Origin: a virus
Lineage: Duplodnaviria > Caudoviricetes
IMG/VR virus record: IMGVR_UViG_3300037067_004891
Span: 192,001 to 256,000 of that record
Direction: 5' to 3' (one strand)
DNA: 64,000 bases
Shown here piece by piece: positions 7,501 through 16,462 of this stretch (position 1 is its first letter; the number at the start of each line of letters is the position of its first letter). The position numbers and the translations under genes were made by a program. The notes beneath the pieces are model-generated. The model was not told the DNA's origin. It saw nothing but the letters and a program-made list of their open reading frames with translations, and did not search any database.

Positions 7501-10041
7501 TTTATTAAACCCAGTAATACGAGGGTTACGCATAGTTTTAATAACTAATTTACTATTTACTTCATCCATAGCATAAACTGGTATGTCATTACCTTCATCA
7601 GCTAATTGCTTAATTGACACATATTGTCTACCATCAGCTACTGCAACCAAAGTTTCACCAACAATGCACGGATTAGTTGAAACTGTTTCAAATCCTAAAT
7701 CTGCATAACAATCAGGAATAGATTCTCTTAAAATAGTGTCCCAATATAAAATTCCTGGTTCTGCACTATTTGAAATTGCAAAACCATTTGATAATATAAA
7801 AGTATGATTATCATTAACTGTTAAATCATATACATAGTTATGTTTTGATTTATCAATTATATTTTTTTCTTTTACTTCTTCATATATAATATCATTATTG
7901 TAAATTATATCATCAATTTCTATATTTTTACATTTTAATTTTTTAATTAACACACTTTTTGAAATTCTTCCTGAATAATGTCTAAGTTTATTTTGGAATT
8001 TTTTATTTATAGGTATAAAAGTAGACCCCTTTTCTGTAATTAGATTTTCATTTAATATATTTTGTTTACATTTTAATATAAATTTTATGTATGTGTGAAA
8101 TAAAATATTATGTTCCTTACAGATATATAGTCTGTAACTGTTTTGTATATTACATAACTTTCCCATTATTATTTTTTTACCCATTTTTTCTTTTAAATGA
8201 ATAGAAGAACGAATACCAAATAACATTAATAATTTTTGAATATTATTAATTAAATGTAAATTAGATTGTGAAACATCTATCACACCGCTATTTATTGAAC
8301 CGTCCCCACTAAAAAAACCAGATAACAACGATGATATTTTATTTTTAGTTAGAGAAAAAACCCAATTTGGTAACATTTTTTGTCCATCAATATAATCAAA
8401 TCCAATAGATTTCATTAAATTACCTAATAACGTACTATTTATAGTTATGCAACAATAATTTTTATTAATTTTATAACTCCAATTACAATGAAATTTGTCA
8501 GATATATATTTTAATATATATCTGTAATCTTCAATCTCATTTTTATTAATATGTAATAATACCGAGTTACTATGATATGAACCTTCTGCCAGCCATAAAC
8601 CTAAAAAATTAGAAAATATATTATCAATAAAAAAATCTTTATTTATTAGAATTTCAGTGTTGTCATTTATATTTGGTTTTATTCTAATATTATTTATTTG
8701 AACTACATCTTTTATTTTTAAATATTCAAATATTGGTAACATTTTATAATGAATATAATTACTTGATTTATATCCACCATTTTTATTCATACCAAGTAAA
8801 TGTTTAATTTGTCCATTATTTAAAACATTTTCGAAATCATCAAATATTATAGAACTACCATTATTAAAATAATTTAAATCAATTTCAACCATATCCACAC
8901 CATCGTCATCTAATTTTGTTTTATCTGACAATAATATATAATCACCAATATTTACTTCATTAATAGGTATAGATAATATTTTAAAATCTCTTATTACATA
9001 TACTATATGGTCTTCAGTTGTCGATAATTCTTTTCTCGTTTTAGTTTTTAATGTTATAATATTTTTATTATTCTCATATTTTTGAAAATCTGTTATTGGT
9101 TTTCTTTCTATTCTTAATGTATTTAAATTTAAACTTATTGCTTCATATTTTCTATGTTTATCATGATTTTCAACTAAATCACCTATTTTAATAGTTTTGT
9201 AAATATCGTTTTCATATATAGGAATTTCAGTATCATACGGTACACACTTCCAAGCGTTAAAAATTATTTTATTCCATAATTTTTTAGCATCAATTTCTTG
9301 CTTTACTAATGGAATATCACTTACTAATGGGAATTGTTGAGAATATGAGGTTTCGTTTAAAACTGATTTCATAAATTCATCATCAATTTTAACTGAAATA
9401 TTTGCACCCGTAACTTTACCCTGTTCAAGTTTAGCATCAATAAATTTTTCTACATCTGGGTGTTTAATGGGCATTGAAAGAAGAAGTGCGCCCCTTCGTC
9501 CATCCTGCGCTACTTCACGGGTAGTGTTAGAATATCTTTCCATGAATGGAACAATACCTGTTGAAGTTAATGCACTGTTTTTAACGGGTGAACCTGTTGG
9601 TCTTATAAATGATAGGTCAAAACCGACTCCTGCTCGTCTTTTTTGAAGTTGAGCTGTTTCTTGGTCAAGTTTAAATATACCACCGTATGAATCAGAATCG
9701 TTTTCATTACCTATAACGAAACAATTACTAATACTAACAATTTGAAAGTTGTTACCGATACCAGACATTGGACTACCCTGTGGTATTACTCTTTCAAAAT
9801 TTTTTAATGAATCAAATATGACTTCTTCTGATATAGGATTTGAATATTTATTTTCAATACGTGCTAACTCACCAGACAACCTTCTATGCATATCATCTGG
9901 TGATTTTTCATATAAATTACCAAATGAATCTTTTAAACAATATTTATTAATCCATACTTCGGCTGCTAATTCATCGCCTTTGAAATATTTTAATGTTTCT
10001 GACAATACTTCTTCTCTTGTATATTTTACTAATTCTGACAT
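4591..10041 (-). CDS. nrdJ: class II (adenosylcobalamin-dependent) ribonucleotide reductase with two inteins
   Basis: YFKGDELAAEVWINKY, SNCF, NP|CGE, RRTGLG, TIAPTGS, GCKGMTVYRDGSR and a C-terminal Zn ribbon. Confidence 0.92.
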   Translation of the reverse strand: MSELVKYTREEVLSETLKYFKGDELAAEVWINKYCLKDSFGNLYEKSPDDMHRRLSGELARIENKYSNPISEEVIFDSLKNFERVIPQGSPMSGIGNNFQIVSISNCFVIGNENDSDSYGGIFKLDQETAQLQKRRAGVGFDLSFIRPTGSPVKNSALTSTGIVPFMERYSNTTREVAQDGRRGALLLSMPIKHPDVEKFIDAKLEQGKVTGANISVKIDDEFMKSVLNETSYSQQFPLVSDIPLVKQEIDAKKLWNKIIFNAWKCVPYDTEIPIYENDIYKTIKIGDLVENHDKHRKYEAISLNLNTLRIERKPITDFQKYENNKNIITLKTKTRKELSTTEDHIVYVIRDFKILSIPINEVNIGDYILLSDKTKLDDDGVDMVEIDLNYFNNGSSIIFDDFENVLNNGQIKHLLGMNKNGGYKSSNYIHYKMLPIFEYLKIKDVVQINNIRIKPNINDNTEILINKDFFIDNIFSNFLGLWLAEGSYHSNSVLLHINKNEIEDYRYILKYISDKFHCNWSYKINKNYCCITINSTLLGNLMKSIGFDYIDGQKMLPNWVFSLTKNKISSLLSGFFSGDGSINSGVIDVSQSNLHLINNIQKLLMLFGIRSSIHLKEKMGKKIIMGKLCNIQNSYRLYICKEHNILFHTYIKFILKCKQNILNENLITEKGSTFIPINKKFQNKLRHYSGRISKSVLIKKLKCKNIEIDDIIYNNDIIYEEVKEKNIIDKSKHNYVYDLTVNDNHTFILSNGFAISNSAEPGILYWDTILRESIPDCYADLGFETVSTNPCIVGETLVAVADGRQYVSIKQLADEGNDIPVYAMDEVNSKLVIKTMRNPRITGFNKPIYKINIQGGHSVRVTGNHKFILKDGNIKEAKNLVSGDSLNILTKWFASFEELFPNSNSKSSDYIWINNGKFKSTVSEHRFLYEQLNNIKIDSGNVIHHKDYNSLNNNINNLLMMTKYEHDEFHKTDMIGEKNPYHKMSNEWKFNFASHKGSSNSKYSNILSDDIKDHALRLTKILGRRFSNDDWGKYANENKLPKYFSKFRLEEINSGITSMAKWAALELNIEFINNDPRLVRTYKNMLSNGYNTKIENHKVYVEKICEECGEPFWVEHKQRENSFCSNTCSNLYVNRTTDANIIRTKTINDIFKIKSDENKQKQIKIFSKLQFQLERTPLLKEWENECKIQNIPFRLKTKHGFNTFNELKEEAELYNHKVISVELDGYEDVYNGTVDDVHNFYFGGFQEKTKSGKQLTVSVLGRNCGEITLCKSDSCRLLALNLFGYVKNPFTKEAYFDFDLFKKDIILAERLMDDIVDLELEKIDQILNKIDNDPEDEFIKIYEKNLWVEIKKKAEMGRRTGLGITGLGDMLAALNFTYGTKEATIFSEKIQKTLKLEAYRSSVIMAHERGSFPIYDSIREINNPFILRIKEQDLLLYDEMVKYGRRNISLLTIAPTGSVSLMTQTTSGVEPCFLPVYMRRRKINPQEKNVRVDFIDEEGVSWQEYPVFHHKFEMWLGVNNYDIDAVKNMKREQLDEIVKESPYFKATANDVDWLEKVEMQGRLQKHVDHSISVTVNLPNNVTEEIVAKVYETGWRCGCKGMTVYRDGSRSGVLVSKKEQKEKEKLEAFKDHNAPKRPKRLKADIIRFQNDSEKWIAVVGLLDGRPYELFTGRLVNGLSSLSPTIKECEVVKNKIDGEDGKKISRYDMEYVDVDGEKKTYLELNHSFNPEFWNYAKLVSGLLRHAMPLIYVYELINSLNLNDAHLNTWKAGVERVIKRYIKDGEKIKGVCQECGSEHVEFKEGCMTCMSCGSSRCS
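6250..7668 (-). mobile_element. intein 2 in RNR, HNH type (473 aa)
   Basis: STNP|CIVGET...VLGRN|CGEI; TGNH block B; IHHKDYNSLNNNINNL...H. Confidence 0.9.
7768..9246 (-). mobile_element. intein 1 in RNR, LAGLIDADG type (493 aa)
   Basis: NAWK|CVPYDT...FAISN|SAEPG; FLGLWLAEG and LLSGFFSGDG motifs. Confidence 0.9.
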
Positions 10042-10050
10042 TTTTCATTT

Positions 10051-10962
10051 TCATATTTTTTTAATTTCGATTAAACGAAATTTATTCATTTCTTCTTCTA
10101 AATTTTGTAAATATGATATTCTTATTAATTTGAAACCATTTTGTTTACAAAAATTTTCTTTTATTAAATCATGTTTTTTAATTTTTTCCAAATTTTTTTC
10201 ACCACCCCATTTTTCTATTGCTTCAAAATGGTGTCTTCCGTCAAATTCAATACACAACTTTTGTTTTGGTAAATAAAAATCAAAAGGTAATGTTCTTATA
10301 CTTTTACAATTTTCAAATTTATGTTGTCTGATAAACTCAATATTATTTTTTAATAACAAAGAAGTTATTTTTTTTTCACCTTGTGATTCTGAACACATTG
10401 GACAGCCAATACCTTTTAAATGATTATTTGGAGTTTGTTTAAAATCGCCATGTTTAGGACAAGTTATGACAACCTTTTTTTTAACTATTTCAAAATTTGT
10501 TTTATTATAATCATAAAAATAATTATGCACCTTTTCACTTCTACGTATAAAATCATCGTGTGAGAGTTTGTAAGTTAATGAACATTTAGGACAACCCTTT
10601 TCACCATACATATGATTATTTAATGTTTGTTTAAATTCACCGTGTATTGGACAAATTATAATAACATAATCATTCATTGTCTCATATTCAACATTAGAAT
10701 AATCATATTTATTCAAATGTATATTACCACATTTTATTAAAACTTCTTTTTTTCTTTTAGCATTTCTTTCTTCTTTTTTACATATTTTACATAAAAATTC
10801 ATTTAATAAATTTATAGGTGTTTGTTCAAAACAACCATGTTTTTTACAAATAACTTTAACTTTTGTATGCATATCTTTATAGATAATTTGACTATAATCA
10901 TACATATTATTAAGTAAATTTAAACGTTCAATGACAATATGTACTGGTAAAGTTTTTTTCAT
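10051..10962 (-). CDS. free-standing homing endonuclease (Zn-ribbon repeats plus Vsr/PD-(D/E)XK-like domain)
   Basis: Repeated CPxHGxFxQTxxxHxxGxGCPxC; C-terminal FDFYLP...IEFDGRHH. Confidence 0.8.
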   Translation of the reverse strand: MKKTLPVHIVIERLNLLNNMYDYSQIIYKDMHTKVKVICKKHGCFEQTPINLLNEFLCKICKKEERNAKRKKEVLIKCGNIHLNKYDYSNVEYETMNDYVIIICPIHGEFKQTLNNHMYGEKGCPKCSLTYKLSHDDFIRRSEKVHNYFYDYNKTNFEIVKKKVVITCPKHGDFKQTPNNHLKGIGCPMCSESQGEKKITSLLLKNNIEFIRQHKFENCKSIRTLPFDFYLPKQKLCIEFDGRHHFEAIEKWGGEKNLEKIKKHDLIKENFCKQNGFKLIRISYLQNLEEEMNKFRLIEIKKI

Positions 10963-10969
10963 ATTTTAA

Positions 10970-11758
10970 TTAAACGAAATTTATATTATCCAAATTTTTC
11001 AAATACCCCTTGGATTTGAGTTCTCTGATTACAATGGTAGCATATTTTTTATCTAAAAGTTTGAAAATATTAAATATGTTATCGGAAAAATAATAAGCCA
11101 GTTCAACAAATATTTCCGAATGTGTATATTTTATACTCAAATGATTCAACAATAGCCTATAATAATCATTAAATGATTGTTTGTTTGGTTTTCTTCGATT
11201 ATTTTTAAATTCTAAATCAGTATGTTTTTCTAAGATTTCAAAAACATCATTTGAAAGATTTTTTTGATTAACATATTCTTCATTGTTTCGAGATTCTTGT
11301 TCAAATAAACTACCAGAATCAATCTTATAATTTTTATTAATAGGATGATCAGATGTATCGTCATCTGCTGTTTCTATTTTATTTTCTTTGCCTTTAAATA
11401 TTGTATCTCTCTTTAAAGAATGTCTACCTTCTCTTTTATGTTTATTGTTATTAAAACGATAAAGAGCATTTAAATCGGAATGTTTATTAGTAGAAACGCT
11501 TTGATTTTCATTTTCTTTCACATTCTTATCACCATCATCATCTTCATCATCTTCGATTTCTTCTATATAAGATAAATCTTCTACATTTTCTTCAACATCA
11601 CTTATATCTTCAAATTGGTTATTACCGAGTGTAATTTCATTATACTCATCAGAATCTTCATTATCAATTTCTAAAAAATCTGGGGTTTCATAATCATCTT
11701 CTAATTTTAAATTTTTATTTTTATCGTTCATAAAATTAAATTTGTTTTTAAACAACAA
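10970..11758 (-). CDS. hypothetical acidic protein (start may be ~11730)
   Basis: 262-aa ORF in the replication cluster. Confidence 0.7.
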   Translation of the reverse strand: MLFKNKFNFMNDKNKNLKLEDDYETPDFLEIDNEDSDEYNEITLGNNQFEDISDVEENVEDLSYIEEIEDDEDDDGDKNVKENENQSVSTNKHSDLNALYRFNNNKHKREGRHSLKRDTIFKGKENKIETADDDTSDHPINKNYKIDSGSLFEQESRNNEEYVNQKNLSNDVFEILEKHTDLEFKNNRRKPNKQSFNDYYRLLLNHLSIKYTHSEIFVELAYYFSDNIFNIFKLLDKKYATIVIRELKSKGYLKNLDNINFV

Positions 11759-12833
11759 CTAATAAATCGTTTTCCATTGTTAAAGTTTCTGGTTTAAAGG
11801 TGAATTTAATCTGTTGCTCTTTACATTCACCATCACGGAGTTTTAAGTTTTTCAGACGATAAAGATTTTGTCTTTTCATTTCTGTCGTTCTGATAATAGC
11901 CCAAACAGTGTCGGCAGTTTCGACAATAGCTTTTGATTCTGGTACTGCATCCATTTTGATATCAGATGCTCCCCACACTGCCCTATCAGTTTGTGTAGCA
12001 GTAATAAATGTGGTGTTATGTTTTCCAGCCAAATACCTTAGACCTTCAGCTATATGTTTTCCTTTTTGATATAAATTATTTTTAAAATCTAAATTTTTTT
12101 CAAGACTCATAATATTAAGATAATCGACAATTACCATATCAACTTTAAATTGTTTGGTATCTTGAATTTTCATGATATAATTGTCAATATCTGTAACAGT
12201 GCAATCACTTGTATTAAACTTTTTTACAAAGAGTTCCCCTGATTTATTATTAAATAAATTAGTAGTTATCGTACTATTACGAAATGATTTTAATTTATTA
12301 ATCATATATTGGGTATCATTACTCTTTTCTTCATAAAGACTTGGTGGAATTTCAAGTAACATAGAACCCATTCTTTTGGTACACTTATATTCAGCCATTT
12401 CTAATGTCAAAACCAAAACATTTCGACCAGATTTAATAGTATTGGATGCTATATTATGAAGCCACATTGAATTATGAGATAATATACCACTTGTGTAATA
12501 TCTATGTTCGTCACCCTTTAAAGAGATATCAAACATATTAGATTTTATTTCAGTTTTATTATTATATAATATTTCACTTACATCGTTTATAGTGATTATT
12601 TTATCTCCTTTAACTAAATTTTCTACATATACTTCATTATAATTTTCATCAAATAAAATATGTTTATCAGCACATATTAATTCAAAACCATCTGTTGTTT
12701 TTAATTTCCACTCATCATATTCAATTGTCTTACCAATCTGGTCAATATCTGACCACCCACTATCAGTTTCTATTTGCCAATCTTCGACATCAAAAACTTC
12801 AATAAATTTTTTAAAAGTATTATCACTTAACAT
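11748..12833 (-). CDS. split-intein C-fragment (121 aa) plus C-terminal half of gp41/DnaB-like helicase
   Basis: CADKH block B; YYTSGILSHN|SMWL; then TLEM, VIVDYLNIM and TATQTDR helicase motifs. Confidence 0.9.
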   Translation of the reverse strand: MLSDNTFKKFIEVFDVEDWQIETDSGWSDIDQIGKTIEYDEWKLKTTDGFELICADKHILFDENYNEVYVENLVKGDKIITINDVSEILYNNKTEIKSNMFDISLKGDEHRYYTSGILSHNSMWLHNIASNTIKSGRNVLVLTLEMAEYKCTKRMGSMLLEIPPSLYEEKSNDTQYMINKLKSFRNSTITTNLFNNKSGELFVKKFNTSDCTVTDIDNYIMKIQDTKQFKVDMVIVDYLNIMSLEKNLDFKNNLYQKGKHIAEGLRYLAGKHNTTFITATQTDRAVWGASDIKMDAVPESKAIVETADTVWAIIRTTEMKRQNLYRLKNLKLRDGECKEQQIKFTFKPETLTMENDLLVVV

Positions 12834-12840
12834 ATATTAA

Positions 12841-12988
12841 TTATTGTTTATTTATAAAATATATACATTTTGTATATTTATCTTCTATATTTTGTTTATT
12901 CTTTTTCTCAAATTTTCGAAGAACATAATATGTGGTAACTTTTACTAACAGTCAAAAATTTAGTATCATTTCCACATATTTTACAAAC
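12841..12988 (-). pseudogene. eroded homing endonuclease remnant between the split-intein halves
   Basis: Reads VCKICGNDTKFLTVSKSYHILCSSKI*EKE*, then shifted ...EDKYTKCIYFINKQ*. Confidence 0.55.
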
Positions 12989-13724
12989 CAATTTTTATAT
13001 TTTTATTTTTATTTTTAATTAAATTGAAAAAATCACCAGTTTTCATTTCTATTACCTTCCCAGTTGTTTTATTTCGTAACTTAATGATACTCAGATAATT
13101 ATGACACTTCCCAATATTTGTCTCACCCATAATTACGTTTAATGTAGCGTTATCCCAACCGCCACCTAATACTGTATCAATAGCAGTCCAACCTGTTCTT
13201 ATCTTGTTTAAAGCAATATTTTGTTTATGTGATTCTGGATCATAAAAATCAGAACCTAAATCTTCATCTATATTATCTATAATTAGAAGATTCTTGTATA
13301 AATTTTCTAATTCAGATGATATACCAAGAACATTCGATATATTAACATCATCTAAACCTCTTATTAATTCAACACTTTTAAATACTCTTTCTTTAACAGA
13401 ATTGGAAATTTTCCAAGCTCTAAATCTACTTTCAACCCATTCTTTTTCAAGTGTATCTATTTGATGTTTTAAAATACTATTTAATGTTCCGTCAGTTATT
13501 TTATTTTCGGAATCGTTCATTTTAACCATCTCGATTATCTGTTCATTAGATGGAACTTTTTTCACTTTACTTGATAGATAATAATCATGTAATATTTTAT
13601 AAATAAACTGAAGTACATCAACTTTAAAAAATGATGTTTCAACGTATTGAAATTGTATAGGATTTACCAATATATAAGAAAAAAACGATAATTCCGTTTG
13701 TGGTGTTATTCTTTCTCCAGACAT
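12981..13724 (-). CDS. N-terminal half of gp41/DnaB-like helicase plus split-intein N-fragment (41 aa)
   Basis: IRTGWTAIDTVLGGG...GETNIGK|CHNYLSIIKLRNK...; Walker A is broken at K/S. Confidence 0.9.
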   Translation of the reverse strand: MSGERITPQTELSFFSYILVNPIQFQYVETSFFKVDVLQFIYKILHDYYLSSKVKKVPSNEQIIEMVKMNDSENKITDGTLNSILKHQIDTLEKEWVESRFRAWKISNSVKERVFKSVELIRGLDDVNISNVLGISSELENLYKNLLIIDNIDEDLGSDFYDPESHKQNIALNKIRTGWTAIDTVLGGGWDNATLNVIMGETNIGKCHNYLSIIKLRNKTTGKVIEMKTGDFFNLIKNKNKNIKIGL

Positions 13725-13798
13725 TTTATATTTGCATTATTTTAGATAAAAACATGCGAATTATAATTTCACATGTTTTTCTATATTTTTATTAATGT

Positions 13799-15040
13799 TT
13801 AATCGAAAAGTTTATTTTCAGAACCGTCAACATCTATATCAAAAGTATCATCAATTTCATCGATAACATTTGATTCTGCTTTGTGATGTTGTTCTAAAGA
13901 TTGTTCCTGATATTGTTGAGCTTCTTCATAAGATGCATAACGAAAATAATCTTTTACAATTGGTTCTAACTTTTCTAATATATCTTTTGTGAACACTTTA
14001 GTTGTATAAAGGTCTTTATCATAAAAAGTTTGGTCTAAATGTCGAACATACCACTTTGAACGTTGTCCACCAGCTTCAAATTCCAACACACCATCTTTAT
14101 TTTTTATCATTTTACCTCTTGCAATACCAATTTTTTCAAAATTTTCAGCATTACAGAAAAAATCAAGTCCACCATATTTATTTGTACCACCATCACCATC
14201 GATATCAAATTTTATCTTTTTCAATTTAGCCATACGATTTTTCTTAGCTTTTGCACTAACAACAATACCAGTCTGTCCAATAGACATATCATCTTCTCTC
14301 TCACTTTTCAACTTTGCCGATGTTAAATAAACTATAACAGAAGCAGAATATTCAAGACCTTTCCCACCATTCATAATTGCTTGTGGAAATAAATCTTGTG
14401 ATAAATAAATATGATTTGTGGCTACAAGAGGCATCCGTAAAAATCCCATTTCGACTGATATAATTCTAAATAATTGTTTAAGTGATTTAGCCCTCGTCAT
14501 ATCTTGTTTGTTTTTCCCTTCGATTGCATCATCAATTTCTTTTCTTGATGCAACACCACCAATTGAATCGAAAAATATAATAGTTTTTCTAAGTTCAAAA
14601 CCTTCTTCTTTTTTCTTTCTCATATTATTAAGAAATTTTGCCATAACAGTTTTGATAGTATCAACGTCCTTTATTCTTATTAATTGAAAATTTTCTTTTT
14701 TCACATCAACTCCAAATGTTTCAAATGTAGATAATGTACAAGCATGTTCTGTATCAATAAATATTACATAATATCCTTGTTTTTGGGCATTTCTGGCTAT
14801 ATTATAACATATATACGATTTACCAGTTTGAGGATCACCTGCAAACACTGTGATTCGATCATCAGCTACTCCACCATCTATTACATGTGTAGAAAGTAGT
14901 GCATCCAATATGTGAACATCTGTGCTTATGTAAGTGTTTTGAATGTTTGAATTTTCCAGAATAACATCTGTTTTATCAGAAGCAGATTCAAGTAATCCTG
15001 AAATATCACTGAATTGATTTAATGAAGTTTTTTTTGCCAT
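13799..15040 (-). CDS. uvsX: UvsX/RecA-like recombinase
   Basis: AGDPQTGKS, FIDTE, FFDSIG, QDMTRAK, ATNH, GGKGLEYSAS. Confidence 0.92.
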   Translation of the reverse strand: MAKKTSLNQFSDISGLLESASDKTDVILENSNIQNTYISTDVHILDALLSTHVIDGGVADDRITVFAGDPQTGKSYICYNIARNAQKQGYYVIFIDTEHACTLSTFETFGVDVKKENFQLIRIKDVDTIKTVMAKFLNNMRKKKEEGFELRKTIIFFDSIGGVASRKEIDDAIEGKNKQDMTRAKSLKQLFRIISVEMGFLRMPLVATNHIYLSQDLFPQAIMNGGKGLEYSASVIVYLTSAKLKSEREDDMSIGQTGIVVSAKAKKNRMAKLKKIKFDIDGDGGTNKYGGLDFFCNAENFEKIGIARGKMIKNKDGVLEFEAGGQRSKWYVRHLDQTFYDKDLYTTKVFTKDILEKLEPIVKDYFRYASYEEAQQYQEQSLEQHHKAESNVIDEIDDTFDIDVDGSENKLFD

Positions 15041-15283
15041 TTTTAAATTAAATTGTTTTTTATGCTATTAAAGCGACTAATGCCATTAATTGCTTTTTAA
15101 TCTTTTAGAACTAAAAAGTAAAAAAGTTTAAAAAATATTTGTTTTTTTAATCGTGAATATTATATATAAATGGGAAAAAACCTTTTTATAAATTATCAGA
15201 TAGTTAGGGGGAAAAAAAATAAAAATATTTTTTTAGACCCTATTATTACTTATATATACTTTAAAAATAGAATAGTTTAATTT

Positions 15284-15682
15284 ATGAATTTTTATATTGT
15301 ATTCTGTAAAACCCGAAAGAAATTCGATAAGTATATAAAAGTAAATAAAATTAGAAATAAAGTTATAATTGATATAAAAGATCAATTAGAACAAGAAGAT
15401 ATTGATTATGAAGAATTTAAAGAATATTTTGATGTGATAATTTACACGAAAATTATACATGCTTTTAAGAAGGGAAAGGATGTATATTATATACCAAATT
15501 TCGAAAAAGATAATATCGATATTAAAGAAATATTTAAAGTATCCAATACTATTAAGAATTCTGATATTAATTACAACGTTTTATTTTTTCATGATGAATT
15601 TAAAAATGATATTCATATAAATAATTCAATAATAGAAAACATTGACAAATTTAATACATCGCAAATTATAAAAGATTATTAG
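15284..15682 (+). CDS. hypothetical protein
   Basis: 132-aa ORF preceded by a TATATA motif. Confidence 0.7.
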   Translation: MNFYIVFCKTRKKFDKYIKVNKIRNKVIIDIKDQLEQEDIDYEEFKEYFDVIIYTKIIHAFKKGKDVYYIPNFEKDNIDIKEIFKVSNTIKNSDINYNVLFFHDEFKNDIHINNSIIENIDKFNTSQIIKDY

Positions 15683-15717
15683 AACACATCTAATTTTCTT
15701 TAATTTGGATATGTTCA
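15681..15717. terminator. imperfect hairpin closing array 2 and ORF 15284
   Basis: GAACACATCTAATT...AATTTGGATATGTTC. Confidence 0.4.
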
Positions 15718-15741
15718 TTTAAAACAAATGTGGCAGGAATG

Positions 15742-16177
15742 ATTGTGTCAACCCTCATTTTTGTGTGTTCACTCACCAAAGAATATATTGGTGAAAAAAT
15801 GATTTGTGGTTGTGTCAACCCTCATTTTTGTGTGTTCACTCACCTATCGAATATTTCAACCACATCGGTTACATAAGTTGTGTCAACCCTCATTTTTGTG
15901 TGTTCACTCACCTTTTCCTCGCCATAAGGAAAGCAGATAATTAGTTGTGTCAACCCTCATTTTTGTGTGTTCACTCACCCAAAAATAAAAAAGATAGTAA
16001 AGTGGCTGGGTTGTGTCAACCCTCATTTTTGTGTGTTCACTCACCGTACAAAGTATGCAAAACCGCCCCATCCTGTTGTGTCAACCCTCATTTTTGTGTG
16101 TTCACTCACCTGAGTTGGGTGTAGTATATATAGTCGGGTCAGTTGTGTCAACCCTCATTTTTGTGTGTTCACTCACC
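15742..16177. CRISPR. CRISPR array 2: 7 x 36-bp repeat GTTGTGTCAACCCTCATTTTTGTGTGTTCACTCACC, 6 spacers
   Basis: Repeats at 15742 (first base A instead of G), 15809, 15877, 15944, 16010, 16075, 16142; spacers of 31, 32, 31, 30, 29, 31 bp. Confidence 0.97.
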
Positions 16178-16443
16178 ATACCACCAATTATTTCATTAGC
16201 ATTCAATATGTTAAGGTGATATTTCGTTTCTAAAACTTGATATATTTTGTTGAAGTTATAATATAAAACATATTTTTTCTTATCGTAATTAAAATAAACA
16301 ACATCATTTTTCTTTCCAACTAAAATATTAGAATTATACTTAGCAGTAACCCACTCAGTATCTTTAATTATTTGCCATAAAAAATACTTAGGACTTCTCG
16401 CTTCTTGTATCTTTCGAATTATATCTGATATATCTTCTTCCAT
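16102..16443 (-). CDS. small array-fused protein (C-terminus encoded by repeat plus spacer)
   Basis: 113-aa ORF with its own TATATTTG promoter motif; VSEHTKMRVDTT is the repeat. Confidence 0.75.
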   Translation of the reverse strand: MEEDISDIIRKIQEARSPKYFLWQIIKDTEWVTAKYNSNILVGKKNDVVYFNYDKKKYVLYYNFNKIYQVLETKYHLNILNANEIIGGMVSEHTKMRVDTTDPTIYTTPNSGE

Positions 16444-16462
16444 TTATTTAAAAATCTTATAA

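Noticed and set aside
15688-15723. Possible eighth degenerate repeat of array 2
   Set aside because: Only weak similarity, implies an ~18-bp spacer, and is better explained as a hairpin.
535-16141. Self-targeting spacers
   Set aside because: No convincing protospacer seen by eye; only short AT-rich partial matches (e.g. spacer 733-762 versus ~37541). Not an exhaustive search.
16013-16219. + strand ORF MSTLIFVCSLT...
   Set aside because: Starts inside a repeat and is antisense to the better-supported 113-aa ORF.
15742-16443. Diversity-generating retroelement or TIGR-type array as the explanation for array 2
   Set aside because: No reverse transcriptase or adenine-specific TR/VR pair; units are a 36-bp repeat plus a unique ~30-bp spacer, with no Nop-domain gene recognised.
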